A stretch of DNA of 64,000 nucleotides. It comes from Azolla caroliniana. Its lineage: Eukaryota > Plantae > Polypodiophyta. Location: the NCBI GenBank assembly GCA_043228905.1, contig JBHGNT010000018.1:16864001-16928000 (forward strand), given 5' to 3'. Of the stretch, positions 49,428 through 63,400 are shown in pieces. The translations under genes and the position numbers were made by a program. The notes beneath the pieces were generated by a model that made no database searches, had not been told where the DNA came from, and saw only the letters and a program-made list of their open reading frames with translations. Within the stretch, counting starts at the first letter, position 1, and every line of letters starts with the position of its first letter.

Positions 49428-52400
49428 TTCCTTCTCTCGAGAGTTCTACACCTCCCTTAGTACTAATCCTCATCTTTTAGTAATAATTCCTTCTCTGTCT
49501 TAGTATTGTTCCTAACAGTACTTCTCTATCTTAGTATTGTTCTAGAAAGTTGAACCGATTTCTAGTCTCCTTCCTTCTCTTCCTTTTATCTTCCTACTTC
49601 TCCTTCCCTTCATACTAATATCTTATTCCTCTTTTCTTTCATACTATGGCCACTTTTAGCACTCAAGAATATCAATCCATTTTCTCGGAGTTGCAATGCT
49701 TGAAAGAAAAGTTTCTAGCATTGGAACAAGAAAATCAACGATTGTTGGGGGAGCTTCAACAAATCTCCTTAGAGAAGCAGCAGATGCAACAACAACAACA
49801 TGGGGAACTAGTGTTTTGATGCAACAACTCGAAGCGACCATTGTAGCATTGCAACAACAAGGACCAAGTACGCAAGGGATTCATAAAGAACCCAAGATCG
49901 GCCTTCCTATGAAATTCGATGGAACACGATCATAGTTTAGAGGATTCCTTAATCAGGTACAATTAGTCATTCAAATGCATCCTTCCTGATATCTGACCGA
50001 TGCATCACGAGTGGGTCTAGTAGGCACATTGTTAAGTGGCTCAGGTTTGGTATGGTTCGTTCCATTGTTAGAAAAGGAATCTCCATTACTAAACAATTTT
50101 CAAGAGTTTATAAGTGAGTTTAAAGCCTGTTTTGGAGATACTGATAGCATAAGGACATCAATAAATAAAATCTAACGATTACGTCAAGGTGATCTTCCAG
50201 CCTCTGCATACGCCGTAGATTTTCGTCTACTCGCCTACGATATCCCTTGGGATGACCAAGCATTAATGGAGCAATTTTGTTATGGCCTATGTAACGATGT
50301 CAAGGATTTACTCTTGACCTTTCCCAAAGAACCAAAGTCATTGACAGAAGCAATCAATCACACAGTACGATGCGATAACCGCCTCTTCGAATGATGTTCA
50401 GAACGTCAGTTTCAAATGCCGAGGGCAAGATTAGAGCCCATCTACGCTTCAGTTGTAGCAAAGCCTTTCCCAAGGGAGTCATTTAATACGTCTCCAACAA
50501 ATACTCCGACTCCAATGGAAATCGACACCACACGTTGCCACGAACCCCTATCTGAAGAAGAAAAGCAACGACGCCAGGGAAATCGATTATGTCTTTATTG
50601 TAGTGGATTGGGGCATATTGCAATGAACTGTCCCCATCGGCCAAGAAGGCATGCAAATCAAATAACCGCTAGTACTAATAGTACTAAATCCGAGTCTATT
50701 TCTCTAGGTGTGCCTGATAGTCCTAATAGCCCAACCCTTTCAAACAAATTTGAAATCCTTATTCAACTAGAAGAAGAGTTAAACGATTAAGTCCAGCCAA
50801 AATAGGAGCCGTTTGGTTGGAGAACCCTAGATCTGTGTAGCTCATTAGTGGTTCCATTTCGTCTAAGCAAGTTAGCAATGTGTTCTTACCTCAAGTAATG
50901 GTTAGGTACTAAAAGTACTCCTCCAGTACATGTCTTAGCACTCTTAGATTCCGGAGCTAACTCTTTCTTCATGGATAGGAAATTTTCCCAAGCTCATCAA
51001 ATATCCCTACGAAAACTTTCTTGCCCAACATCTGTAGTAGTTATTGATGGTCGTCCCATTGCTTCTTGAAAAAACGTAGAGGAGTCAGAGCCGATTCAAG
51101 TTGTCCTAGATAACTTGGTGTGTGTAGTATCATTTAATATAATTAGTAGTCCAGATTATCCAATTTTCTTGGGGTTACCGTGGTTTGAATTACATAACCC
51201 AGACATAGATTGGAGAACAAGAGAAATACGGTATCGACAAATCTGAGGATCTACTCATAAGATTGCAACCATTTCACTACATCAATTGCGTGAGGAAGGA
51301 CATAAGGAAGCAATGTTTGTCTTCGCGGTATCAGTAAAACCTTCCAACACTACTAAAGAGGAGTCCACCGTTCAACTTCCAGAGAAGTGTCGTCAGTATG
51401 CCGATGTGTTCGATAAGGTACAAGCCAATACGCTTCCTCACCACCGACCGTATGATTGCCCCATCGATTTACAACCAAGAAAAGAGCTACCATGGGAACC
51501 GATCTACAATTTGTGACCAACCGAGTTAGAAGTCCTTCGAGCCTATTTAGAGGAGAATTTGGCAAACAGTTTCATTCGACATTCAAAATCTCCAGCCATC
51601 GCACCCATTTTCTTCGTCAAGAAAAAGGATGGATCACTTCGTCTCGTTGTAGACGATCGCGGCTTAAATAAGGTCACCATCAAGAATAGGTATGCACTTC
51701 CCCTTATCTCAAGTCTTTTAGAATGGATCAATGGTGCAAGGTTCTTCGCAAAGATCAACTTACGAGGAACATATAACCTCGTACAGATCTGATCAGGAGA
51801 TGAATGGAAGAACGCATTCCGCAATAGATATGGGCACTTCGAGTATACGATCATGCCATTCGGTCTCCCTAATGCACCAGGAGTCTTCCAGCACATGGCA
51901 AATGATATATTCCGAGATCTCTGGGATGTTTGTTTGATCATCTATTTGGATGATCTATTGGTTTATTCGAAGACCCAAGAAGACCATGATTCTCATGTAC
52001 AGTTAGTACTAAAACGGCTTTGAGAACATGGTCTTATGCAAAACTAGAAAACCGGGTGGAATTTTTGGGCTATGTCATATCCTCGGAAGGCATCTCCATG
52101 GATCCAGCTAAGGTCAAAACGGTGGTAGAATGGTAGAATTCACATTCGTTGCGAGATGTTCAATGCTTTTTAGGCTTTGCCAATTTCTACCGCAAGTTTA
52201 TATAGGATTACTCAAAGCTTGTTCTGCCTCTCACAACACTTACCAAGAAGGGACAATCGTTCGTTTGGTCTAAAGAGGTGGGCATGACTTTTGAGAGTCT
52301 TATGAAGGCATTTACATCAACTCCTAGTACAGTAGCTCATTTACATCAATTCCTTGGGTAGCATTCTGTCACAACAAGGCGATGATGAAAAGCTACATCT

Positions 52401-54739
52401 TGTGGTTTTCCACTCACGCAAGTTTGACGCCGCCGAAATCTACTATGAAATTCATGATAAGGAGCTATTGGCAATAGTGGACTCTTTTATGCAATGGAGG
52501 CATTTTCTAGAGGGATTTTCTCATCAAGTCACTGTATTTAGTGATCACAAAAACCTTGCCTACTTTCAGAATGCTCCTGTGTTAAATCGACGTCAAGCTT
52601 GGTGGGCCCAATTCCTCACTCGTTTCGACTTCAAAATTACATATCGTCCGAGAAAGCAACAAGGGAAGGCAGATGCATTATCTCGGTGAGCCAGCTTTCG
52701 ATAACCAAAAGCAAGTAATCCTAGGACCGGCACAACTGCAAGCAACGTAGGTTTGCGGTATGCCATTAGATTCCCACATTATCAATAGCATACGGGAGGA
52801 ATTGAAGATAGATTCATTCGCCCAAACCATTCTTGCACAAATTGATCCCTCTCGAGCATCTTGTTCACAATCGCAACAACCAGGTACAGACTATCGACAA
52901 TTCGAATGTCATGATGAATTTATATTCTTTAAGAAACTCTTGTATGTTCCTAATGGTTCTTGTCGCCTTCAAGTAGTCCAAAACTTTCATGACACATATA
53001 CAACTGGGCATTTTGGTAGTACTAAAACATTAGATTTAGTACAACGATCATTCTGGTGGCCCCATATGCGACGATTTGTTGAAGATTTTGTTTGGACTTG
53101 TGATACATGTTGCAGAGAAAAAATGCCAAGGCATCATCCATATGGTTTATTAGAACCATTACCAATTCCAAGCAAGCCGTGGCAATCCATTGCTCTAGAT
53201 TTCATCACAGATCTTCCAATTTCTAAGGGATTCGATGCGATCTTAATAGTAGTAGATCGATATATACAAAGATGGCCCATTTCCTGCTATGTACTAAGGA
53301 AATCTCCAGTGAAGAAACCGCCAAAATTGTCATGCGTGAGGTATGTCGGCATCATGGCCTCCCCGATAGTATCATCAGCAACTGTGGACCCCAGTTCCTC
53401 TCGAAATTCTGGAAGCACCTCTTCATAATGCTCAAGGTCAATTGTAACCTCTCCTCCGGCTACCAACCGCAAACAAACGGCCTAGCAGAACGAATAAATC
53501 AAACGTTGGAGAAATATCTTCGGTTCTTTCTAAGCTATCATCAAGATGACTGGGAAGATATCCTCCACTTTGCCGAATTCGTGTATAATAACTCTGTCCA
53601 CTCATCGACAAAGGTTACACCATTCTATGCTTACACGAGTTGTCACCCCCAGTGGTGTGTATTTGAAACCCCAGAGTTACCCACAAATCCTTGTGCAAAG
53701 GATCGTTTGGAGCGGCTACACAAGATACAAGCGGATTTATCTACTCATCTATAGCAAGCTCAACAAACACACAAGGTTTACACGGATCGTCATCGGCTTC
53801 CATTCAGTTTTTAACATTGGAGATCCGGTATGGCTACTACGACGATACATCAAGACTACTCGCCCAAGCGAGAAGTTGGATTATCGGTGATTAGGTCCTT
53901 TCTGTATTATCAAAAAACTTAATGATATGTTGCTTTTCGTCTTGATCTACCTCCGCAACTACGGATACATCCGGTGTTTCTTAGTTCTCTCCTAGAACCC
54001 TATCAGAACAGCACCATCCTGGGTCATATTAAACCACCTTCACCCCTGATCAAACTTGAAGATGGAAATGAGTACGAGGTTTCCGCCATCCTCAATTCCA
54101 AGATTGTTCGCAACAAGCTCTACTATCTAGTCGATTGGTTAGGATATAGTGCCAGCAAGCGTACCTGGGAGCCAATTGAGAATGTGACCAATGCTCATGC
54201 TCGTCTTGAAGACTTCCATCGTCAACATCCACACAAACAGGGTCCTCAATCCAAAACGACTCGTAACACTCGTCGTTTTAAAGGGGGAATAGTGTCATTA
54301 TATGGCAAGATTCAAACCATGAACTTATGTTAAATGGGTCGAGCTCTTGACCATTAGATTATTTATTGCAATACGAAGGATATTATTTTCATTTAAGTTT
54401 TACTATAGAAAATAGATGTATATTCCAGATTTCTCTGGAACATTCTAGAAACTTCAGGAGTACTCCTGAGAACACTATAAAAGGAGGCACAAGGCATTAT
54501 CTCGAACCAAATCGGTTCAACGCCAGTCTTAAGCCTCCTAGCTACTATTGTATATTCTCTTCACATAGTATATATCTTTTGTTATCATCATTCTCTCTCT
54601 CTCTCTCTCACTCAATCTTTCCTTCTCTCGAGAGTTCTACACCTCCCTTAGTACTAATCCTCATCTTTTAGTACTAATTCCTTCTAGTTCTTAGTACTGT
54701 TCCCAACAATACTTCTTTGTCTTAGTACTGTTCTTGACA
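49093..54739 (+). mobile_element. Chromovirus Ty3/gypsy G2 (Tcn1/Tf1-like), full length, decayed
   Basis: LTRs 49093-49548 and 54293-54739; TSD CTGCT; PPT AAAGGGGGAATAG; gag (TPTPMEID, CLYCSGLGHIAMNC), [21 protein letters not shown], RNase H, integrase, chromodomain YYLVDWLGY..TWEP. Confidence 0.93.
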
Positions 54740-57510
54740 CTGCTTGGCCAGCTTCCACCTTGTCTCGGTAGCCCCATCTTCCATCTACGTCTCCATAGAA
54801 TTTTCTAAGATGGCTCGGGTGGTTGTACGCTCCTGACCACCAATTTGCCTAGCAAGGCCTTCGTTTGCACCACGAGATCTATCAATCCCACCCCGCGTTT
54901 AGTTTTTCCTTTTATAAGTTTAATCCAAGCAACCTTTGCACGAGCCTATTTTTCCTATGTGCCCCCCCATAAGAAATTCCTTATAATCCTTCTTATCAAT
55001 TTCATTGACTTGGGCACGATTATCTAGCATGCAATAGTATGCCATATGGTGGCCATTAGAATTTGATTTGCAATCAGAATCTTGGTTGCGAAGGATAGCT
55101 TTCTTGCATTCCACCATATTAGCTTCACTTTTATTTTATCCACTAGTAGATTGTTAGTATTCTGCTCGCTCGATGTCCATACCAATTTTGAAGCCCAAGT
55201 ATCTAGTAGCTTCTCCTCTCCTTAACCATCTGAAATTGGGGTCAGGGGCCCAGTTTAACATGGGCTTATTACTAATCCAAATGCCCATTGATTTATTCCA
55301 ATTTATTTTAGCACCCGATCCCCTACAGAACTCATCAATTGCACTTTGCAATTTACCCGAGTTGTTTGCATCACCCTTGACATAGGTCGTTGTGTCATCA
55401 ACATATGTCATATCAAACACCATTCCTACATCATTGGGCAATGTAAGGCCTTGTATTTGCCAAGGTCTATCAACAATTTGATAATGTAAAGTGTCTTCTG
55501 CAATGATGTATAGGTATGGGGCCAATGGGCATCCTTCGCGTTCCGAACGTAACATCTTAAAGCTCTTCCCCATACTTCCAGCCATTAAAACTTGGCTGGA
55601 TGCACCTCTGTAAAAGGCACTCATTCCAAGGATCCATTGTTGTTCAAAGCCTAGGGCCGCCATAACTGCTTCTAGAAATTCTATCATATGTTTTTTCGAA
55701 GTCGAGTAGCATTACTACTAGGTCCACTCCTTGCTCCTCTGCCCATGCTAAATATTCCCAAAAAGTTATAATCACATCATCAACAATGTTGCGGTTTTCC
55801 AGGAAGCCAGTTTGCGTTGTGTATAATGTCCCCTAGTACGTTTTCAATCTCTTATAGCTTTGGCCATTATCTTATAAGCATTGGTGAGAACCGTCAATGG
55901 TCGCCAATTATCGAGCATTGTTAGGTCTTTTCCATCCTTGGGTATTAAATAAATCATTCCTCTACACATTTTTGTGGGCATTAATCCTTCTGCCATAATA
56001 TATTCCATCCCTGCTAGCATGTCATCCTTAAATAGATCCCAATATTTGATGTAAAAGTATATAGGAAGTTCGTCAATTCTTGCGTGACAACTTTGTTTGT
56101 TCATATGCCCAATTGCATCCCACAATTCTTGCATACTGATAGGGATATTTAGTTGGTCCATCATGTGCACAGTAACTTTCCTTGGCATATTATTTATTAT
56201 ATTTATGAAGGCAGCCTGATCAATCTGTTCCTCTTTGCATACATTTAGTAGTTGAGTATAATAGCTCGTGGCTATTTCAAGCATTTCCTCCTTGCAGGTG
56301 GTCATTGTGCCATTGGTTTTTCTTTAACATGAAGGTCGAGTGCCGAATCCTCTACAATTTACAACTTCAAAAAACCTTTAGTAACCCGGTGTCCTACCCT
56401 CATCCAGCTTGCTACCTTACTTCGATAGGCATAGGTAATCCTTAGTTTCTGGCACATATCCAATTTGCTTTTGGCCTCCTCTAGTCGGGCCTCAATCCAT
56501 ACATTAGGTGGGTATAATTCTCTTAGTCGTTGCATAGAAGTGAGTGTCCATTGCATTCTCTGCATTTTTTCCCTTATCTCTTTTCTAATTTCAATCACAT
56601 TCTTTCGAAAAAACCATGCACATTCCTCAAGTTTCCTAGCTAGGCTATGAGCAAGATCAAGGTACCTCCATTTGATATTAGACCATATTTTTCATATATC
56701 ATCAGTCCTTTTAGTATGCATAACCAATTCGTTGCTCACCTTCACATTTTTTGGCTTTCATCGATTGTTTTCTTGTATATGCAACAAACTAGTGCATGAT
56801 CTGAGAACATTGTTCCAGTACAAATAATGCATCTGCCTTTCCTTTCAATGAGCCGAGGGTCCAAATACCATATGTCCAGCCTAGACATCGTCTTCCCATG
56901 CATGCTTCCTCCTACTCTAGAGTATAGAAGAGATTTTTCTTTTTTCATTTGAAAGTTAGGTGCATTCCAACAATCTATCACATTATATGTTAAACAAAAC
57001 TTATCCCATACATACTTCTCCGGCCCCTGCACTGTTCCATTTCCATTTCCTCTTCTATCTTCTTGTTGCTCCACCATATTAAAGGCTCCTCCAATGATCC
57101 GCAACTCAGCATCCGGTTTCTTGTCCACTAGTTGCAACCAAAATTCTTTTCTTTCGGCAGCTAAATTTGGGGCATATATGTTCAGTATGCCCAAGTGCCC
57201 ACATCTGTGTTTTATCCTTATATAGATAACACGACCCTCTATTAAACTACCCTTGCATGTGCATGCAATAGTAAACTTAGATTTCATAGCTATAAGTACT
57301 GCCCCATGAATTTGTCTATCCCCCGTAGCTGCTGACCATGTATTGGTTCAATTCCCAAGGCAAATGCTTCCAATTTTATCGATCCTATCCCCATCTAGAT
57401 GGTGCTCCTACACCATGATAATATTAGGCACCACTACCTCAATGTAGTACGTTCTTTTTCATCTGGAATTGGGTGCCACCAATTCCTTGTATATTCCAAG
57501 TTAGCAAGCT
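54740..57510 (-). mobile_element. LINE (L1/Tx1-like) ORF2: APE endonuclease plus RT, decayed
   Basis: TWNIQG at about 57500, NIYAPN, SRLD, FSDH; NWRPLTVL..YKI, REGCPLAPYLY, YVDDT, YLG. Confidence 0.9.
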
Positions 57511-57524
57511 AAGATTAATATAAC

Positions 57525-58400
57525 CTACATCCTCTGTGGCCCGGCCAATGCATTTTCCACTTCCACTATGGTAACTAATATCCTTTCTTGGAGATTTTCA
57601 TCTTCCAACTGCGTCAACATTTCAGGGAGGTATACCATGAATTCTGTGATCATTTTAGGAAGGTTCCTAAATTTCACATTTTCACTTTCCATTGCCTTTT
57701 CATTTTCACACCTATTGCGGTACCATATGATGATTCTACATGAACACCCATTTGTTGTTCCAACCATCTGAGTACTTCTTCTCTACTATGTGGTTCCTTA
57801 TTTCCAATGACCAGAATATAGGATAGTCCAGTGATCCATGCTTTATCAACACAATTACCATATATATTGGCTCTACACATGTTGTCCTTCTTCATCTCAC
57901 TTCCACACATTTCCTTGAACCACTTTTTGTCTGTCAATTTCAGTTTGATCTGTTATCCAATATGCGATAGGGGGGTCGCTTTGTATTGAAGATTATAGTT
58001 CACTCTTGGCCATTTACGTATACCTTTATTTTTCTCCATCCCCATCCCCTCCTCTTTTCTAGCACACATGTGCCTTTTCATTTTTGCTATCCCCTTAATA
58101 TATTGGGTTGTCACCAGTGACTTAGCTTGCTCTTTCACAGGCCTTACGACCTTTCCTATATTTAATTATCCTACCTCATCCATACTTTCACGATGCATCT
58201 GGTAACAAGTTGTCTTCCTGTTGTAGTTTTTGCATATCATTAATAGCTTCCACATAGTTGCTCTCGTGATTTTCCTTCATTCTTGCTTCCCTTTCATTAG
58301 TTTTGTTTTCATTGCCGTCTAAGGTTAAGAGTGCATATTTTTTGCTAAGTGGGGAGCCATCATACTTGTATCATCAGTCTTGGCCTCATTTTGTATTGGT
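57525..58400 (-). pseudogene. Possible LINE ORF1 remnant
   Basis: Short broken coding-like frames directly upstream of the endonuclease on the same strand; no clear motif. Confidence 0.3.
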
Positions 58401-59984
58401 TTTATTGAGAAGTAGAAATTAAAATCTAGCCTAATCTATTAATTTTTATCTTATGATGACATATGAAGCCTTTTATCATTTTTACATCCTATAACAAATA
58501 AAGCTTTCTATCCTTACGACTATCAATGGGTTTCCAAATGAGATCCCTTTGACATAGATTGCTTAATATGAGAAGGAACTCCCCGAAGTAATATGTAAAA
58601 CTATTATTAAGATTTCTTATATTATCTATTAAACTCCCTTTCTTAAGTTAAATCTCCCTTCTAGTTACACATTACTCATTTCTTCAATGGTGTTATAAGT
58701 TTTTTATGTTGATTCTTATATATTTATAGGCCATGGACAACAAGACCTACATTTGCACACACACATGGCCATTTGTTCTCTTACAATGCTTATATAAACT
58801 TTGTATGTGTGGAGATGTTCATGCATGCATAAATATATTTAGATATGTTCTTGAACACTAATATAAAGTAATGTAGTAATGCATTTTGGAAAGCAATATC
58901 TTGTCATAAAGATGGCTCATATTTTTAAGTGACAAAGAGTACCTAGATTATTGTATAATAATGTTCTTAAGTTGGAAGTCACTTGCGTGTATTATTAAAT
59001 CTATGACAGTGTCTATTTCTTTGGTTCCTAGTTCCTAGTTTCTATATTATATATTTGTGAGAGAAGTAGGGCCTTAATTTAGATAAAGAAAATAATAATT
59101 GATGTATATTATCTTTTATTACTTAACATTTTAATCATCTTTTGAGAGAGAGCCCAGACCGTTCCAATATTTAACCTTCTTAAACTTAAGGTTTTGAACT
59201 TAGTATTACGAGGTATTGTGTTGAATGCTCAACAAGAGAGATCTAAAATTTTCATATTGATCATAGTTATGGAATACTCAACATATAATATTCATATAAT
59301 AAATATTTTAAGTATTGTGAAGATATTCTACCTTTTCTTTTTGAATAATTAGAAGATGTATTTTGTTGATAAAATGCTTTAAATATGTAGAATACATTAA
59401 ATACTTCTTACAATTTAAAGTATTTTTAAAAAAATCTTTTTATTTGTACAATTTTATATTTTTAAAAGAATGCAAAATTCTTATTAATGCATAAAATATG
59501 TGAAACATTAAAATGGCAGTTCTAAAGTGTAGAATACTTCGAAGTATTTTGAAAAATGTAGAATACAAGTTTAACAACTATGACATGGACATGAGAAAAT
59601 GTTTCCTTTCCGAAACCAATGCAATATCAAATCCTTGGATACAACTTCAACATCCATCATGTACCCTTTAATGGTTGAGAATTATTTTCTATATTGTTAC
59701 TTTGGCAATCAAGATTGCAACCTTGTGTACTAAATAGTCCTTAAACATGAAATTTTTTAAGGATTATCAAAGGTGCATGAATCATTGACACATAATCTTT
59801 ATAAAATGTAATGTGGGTTGTGAAATGTGCGCTAAGTTTCCCATAAGTTATGATAACATTTGATTGTCATGTGTGAAGGTGTTAGACTACCTAGAAAGGA
59901 ACTCTAAAATATCCTCTTCCCCACACCTTCCCTAGGGCCCATAGTAAAGATTTCAAGGGCCATTTCAATTTCGATAGTTTAGAG

Positions 59985-60295
59985 TTTTTTTCCCAAGGAT
60001 ATTTGTTGCACTAAAAATGAATTTGTATTTCATTATGTTTTTACACATCATTTACTTAATACTTTTAATACATAATTTGACATATTCAAGTAATGTTCTT
60101 TCCCAATGAAATTCGTTGCACTAAAAATGAGTTTGCAACTGAATATGTTTTTACATAGCTTTTACTTAATGTTTTCAAGTACATTATTGGACATATTAAG
60201 GCAATGTTTTTTCCCAAGGAAATTTGTTGCACTAAAAAGGAATTTGTATATGAATATGTTTTTACACATCTTTTACTTAATGCTTTCAAATATAG
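59985..60295. repeat. AT-rich tandem repeat, ~110-bp unit, about 2.7 copies
   Basis: TCCCAA.GA.ATT.GTTGCACTAAAAA recurs at about 59991, 60101 and 60212. Confidence 0.85.
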
Positions 60296-60438
60296 ATTTT
60301 TTTTTTCCAAATAAAATCTTTTTCCATTAGTTATAAAATTTTACAGATAAGAATGTTATATACAAAATATTAAGAGGGACATGATAGTTCCATCTTATAT
60401 GGAGGCCCACTGACCCAAGAAAGGGAGAGGATGACCAT

Positions 60439-63400
60439 TGTTGGATGAAGGCTAATCGATATCTTTTGTTAAGCGGACAAGCTCAACCAAATGCGGATCG
60501 ACTGAACAAGATAGAGCAGGATCGAAGTTCGGAACGAAGAACCAGATCGGTGTCCGGAACCAGGAGCTGGATTGGAGAGCCGGATCAAATTGTAACCTGT
60601 AGGCCGTTAGAGGCCTACGAATCTAGCCTACTACGTAGGCATATTTTTGGGAGTCAGTGTCAGTCACTCGTATGAGCATTGAAGTTCATGTCAGTACTTC
60701 TGTCACTCCTTTTAAGGGCTTGTATAAAAGGTGTTTTGTAGAACACCGTATATATAGTGTTGTCTCGAGCCACGAAAAATGGTTTTCATTGCTAGAAAAA
60801 CTAGAGCAACTAGGAGTTGTCGAAACCTTGAGACGACACTCCTTATACCATCGAGCACATCGGTGAGGTCCCTCTTAGCCATGTTGGGCAGAAGGGAAAA
60901 CTTATGAACGTCCTACACGTCCCGACAATCACAAATAATCGCGTGTCAGTCGGACAGATTGTCGATCAAGGGATGTAGGTTCGGTTCATGCACCTCGGAT
61001 GCTTCATCAAAGAAGATGGCAAAGTCAACGTCCTGCACGTCCCGACAATCACAAATAATCGCGTGTCAGTCGGATAGATTGTGGATCAAGGGATGTAGGT
61101 TCGGTTCATGCACCTCGGGTGCTTCATCGAAGAAGAGGGCAAAGTAATCGTGCAAGGGCGCCAGGACGGGAGAATCTTTATCCTCAAAACGAATGATGTT
61201 TGCACCACTATGTATGTGAAAGGACAGAAGGTCAAGTCGGACATCAACTTGTGGCACAAGCAGATGGGTCACATCAACTTCCGGAAGCTTCACGAGTTGC
61301 AGTCGAAGTTCAGTGGCCAGAAAGGCCAAATTTGTGAAGTGTGCCAGCTCGGGAAGCAACATAGGCTTCCCTTCCCCAATAAAAAGAATTGGAGCCGAAA
61401 TCAGCTTGATCTCATCCATTCGGATGTGTGGGGATCGACACAAAACGTGAGCATCAGTGAGAGTCAGTATTTCTTCTCCTTCATCGATGATTTCACCCAG
61501 CACATGTGGATCTACCTCATCGAGAAGAAAATCGAAGTTTTCGATTGTTTCTAGAACCTGCAAAATCTTCTCAAACGGGAAACATAGAGGAAGATCAAGT
61601 GCCTGCGATTAGATGGCTGATAAGATACTTTTCTGGCCAATTCAATAGTTATTTGCAACAAAAGGGAATTCGGAGAGAATTCAGTTGAAGATACACGCTG
61701 GAACAAAACGGTGTGGTCGAAAGGAAAAACTGGTCGATTGTGGAGGCGGCACGGGCAATGTTGGAGGAGAAGAGCATGCCCACGTTTTACTAGGACGAAG
61801 CGATCAGCACACGAGCTATATTTTGGGGATAAGGTGTTAGCACACGAGCTATATTTCGGACGGAAGCCAAATTTAAGGCACCTTAGGATATTCGGTAGCA
61901 TTGCCTATGTGCATGTGCTGGATGAGAAGAGGAGGAAGTTGGACCCGAAGTTGGAGAAGTGTATCCTTATCGGCTACTCACATGAGCAAAAGGGTTATAA
62001 CTGCTATAACCCGCAAACTAAGCAAGTACGAGTAAGCCGAGATGTCGAATTTGGCGAATCTGCATCTTGATACTCTCTATCAACTCCGACGGAAGATGAG
62101 ACTAGTGAGCCGCAAACGATCCTGGCTGGATATGAAGAAGGATTTGGTACTTTGGACGAGAGTCTGATTTAATTCCGGCTGAGTGGGTCGAGTGAGCGAC
62201 TAAGTCTGAAAGACCAGTCGGATGACTAGTCGGCGAGTAGTGAAGACTTGGTCATGCTCTCCCCGCGCAAGGAATGGAGGAAACAATTCACGTGCAAAGA
62301 GAAGGGGAAGAAAAAGATGCTAGAGTATGACACCGGTAGAGGTGAGTCGGATTGGAGCGATTCCAACTACGGCTCGACTAACATGGAACCTTCGAGGAAG
62401 AGGTCGAAGTTGGCTGAGACGGCCGCGAAATCGGCGAATCAGGAATTGCGCAGATCCACCCACCAAAAGAACCCCTTGAGGAGGTACAGGTACAATGAGT
62501 ATATGGCGCATCATTATGCGTACATGGTGAATGTGGCAGTCGTGCGTGAGCCAAAGAGCTACGCCAAAGCGGCTAAGGATCCGAACTGGCAGAAGACCAT
62601 GGAGGAAGAGATGCACGCACTCATAGAGAATGAGACGTGGGACTTGGTGGACATACTGAAAATAGTGAAGTCGATCAGTTGTCGTTGGGTATACAAGGTC
62701 AAATACGACACCGACAGCTCTATCAACTGGTACAAGGCCCGGTTAGTGGCCAAGGGCTACACGTAGCAGCACGACATCGACTACGATGAGAAGCTCGTGC
62801 CAGTTGTGAAGATGACGACCGTCTGTGTCTTGTTTGTTGTGGCATTGGCGAAGGGATGGCATCTACATCAGGATGTAAAGAATGTGTTCCTACAAGGTGA
62901 TCTTCAGAAATAGGTGTATATGGTTCAACCCCCATGATTTCAATCCGGAGTAAACACATCAGTTGTGTGTCGATTGAAGAAGTTCCTCTACGGACTCAAG
63001 AAAACCTTGCGCACCTGGAAAACGAAGATCACGCAGAGACTGCGGCGGATGGGGTTTACTGCATTGAAATCAGACTCTTCACTTTTCATTCGGCAAGGTC
63101 GGAACAGGCCGGTGAGCATATTGCTCTATGTGGATGATCTTGTCATCGTCGGTGTCGACCCGGATGAAATCGGCTGCGTGAAATACCAACTTGCGGCATC
63201 ATTTGAAATGAAGGATCTCGGCGACCTTCATTACTTCCTCGGGATGAGAGTGATCCGTACTCCTGATGGCATGTTGATCAGTCAACGCCACTATGTGATG
63301 AGTATGCTCTTCAAATTTGGTATGATGGAATGGAAAGCCGTCTTGACTCCTCTGTACTGGAATGTGAAGCATCGCCCCGACTCTGGAACAACATGTGACC

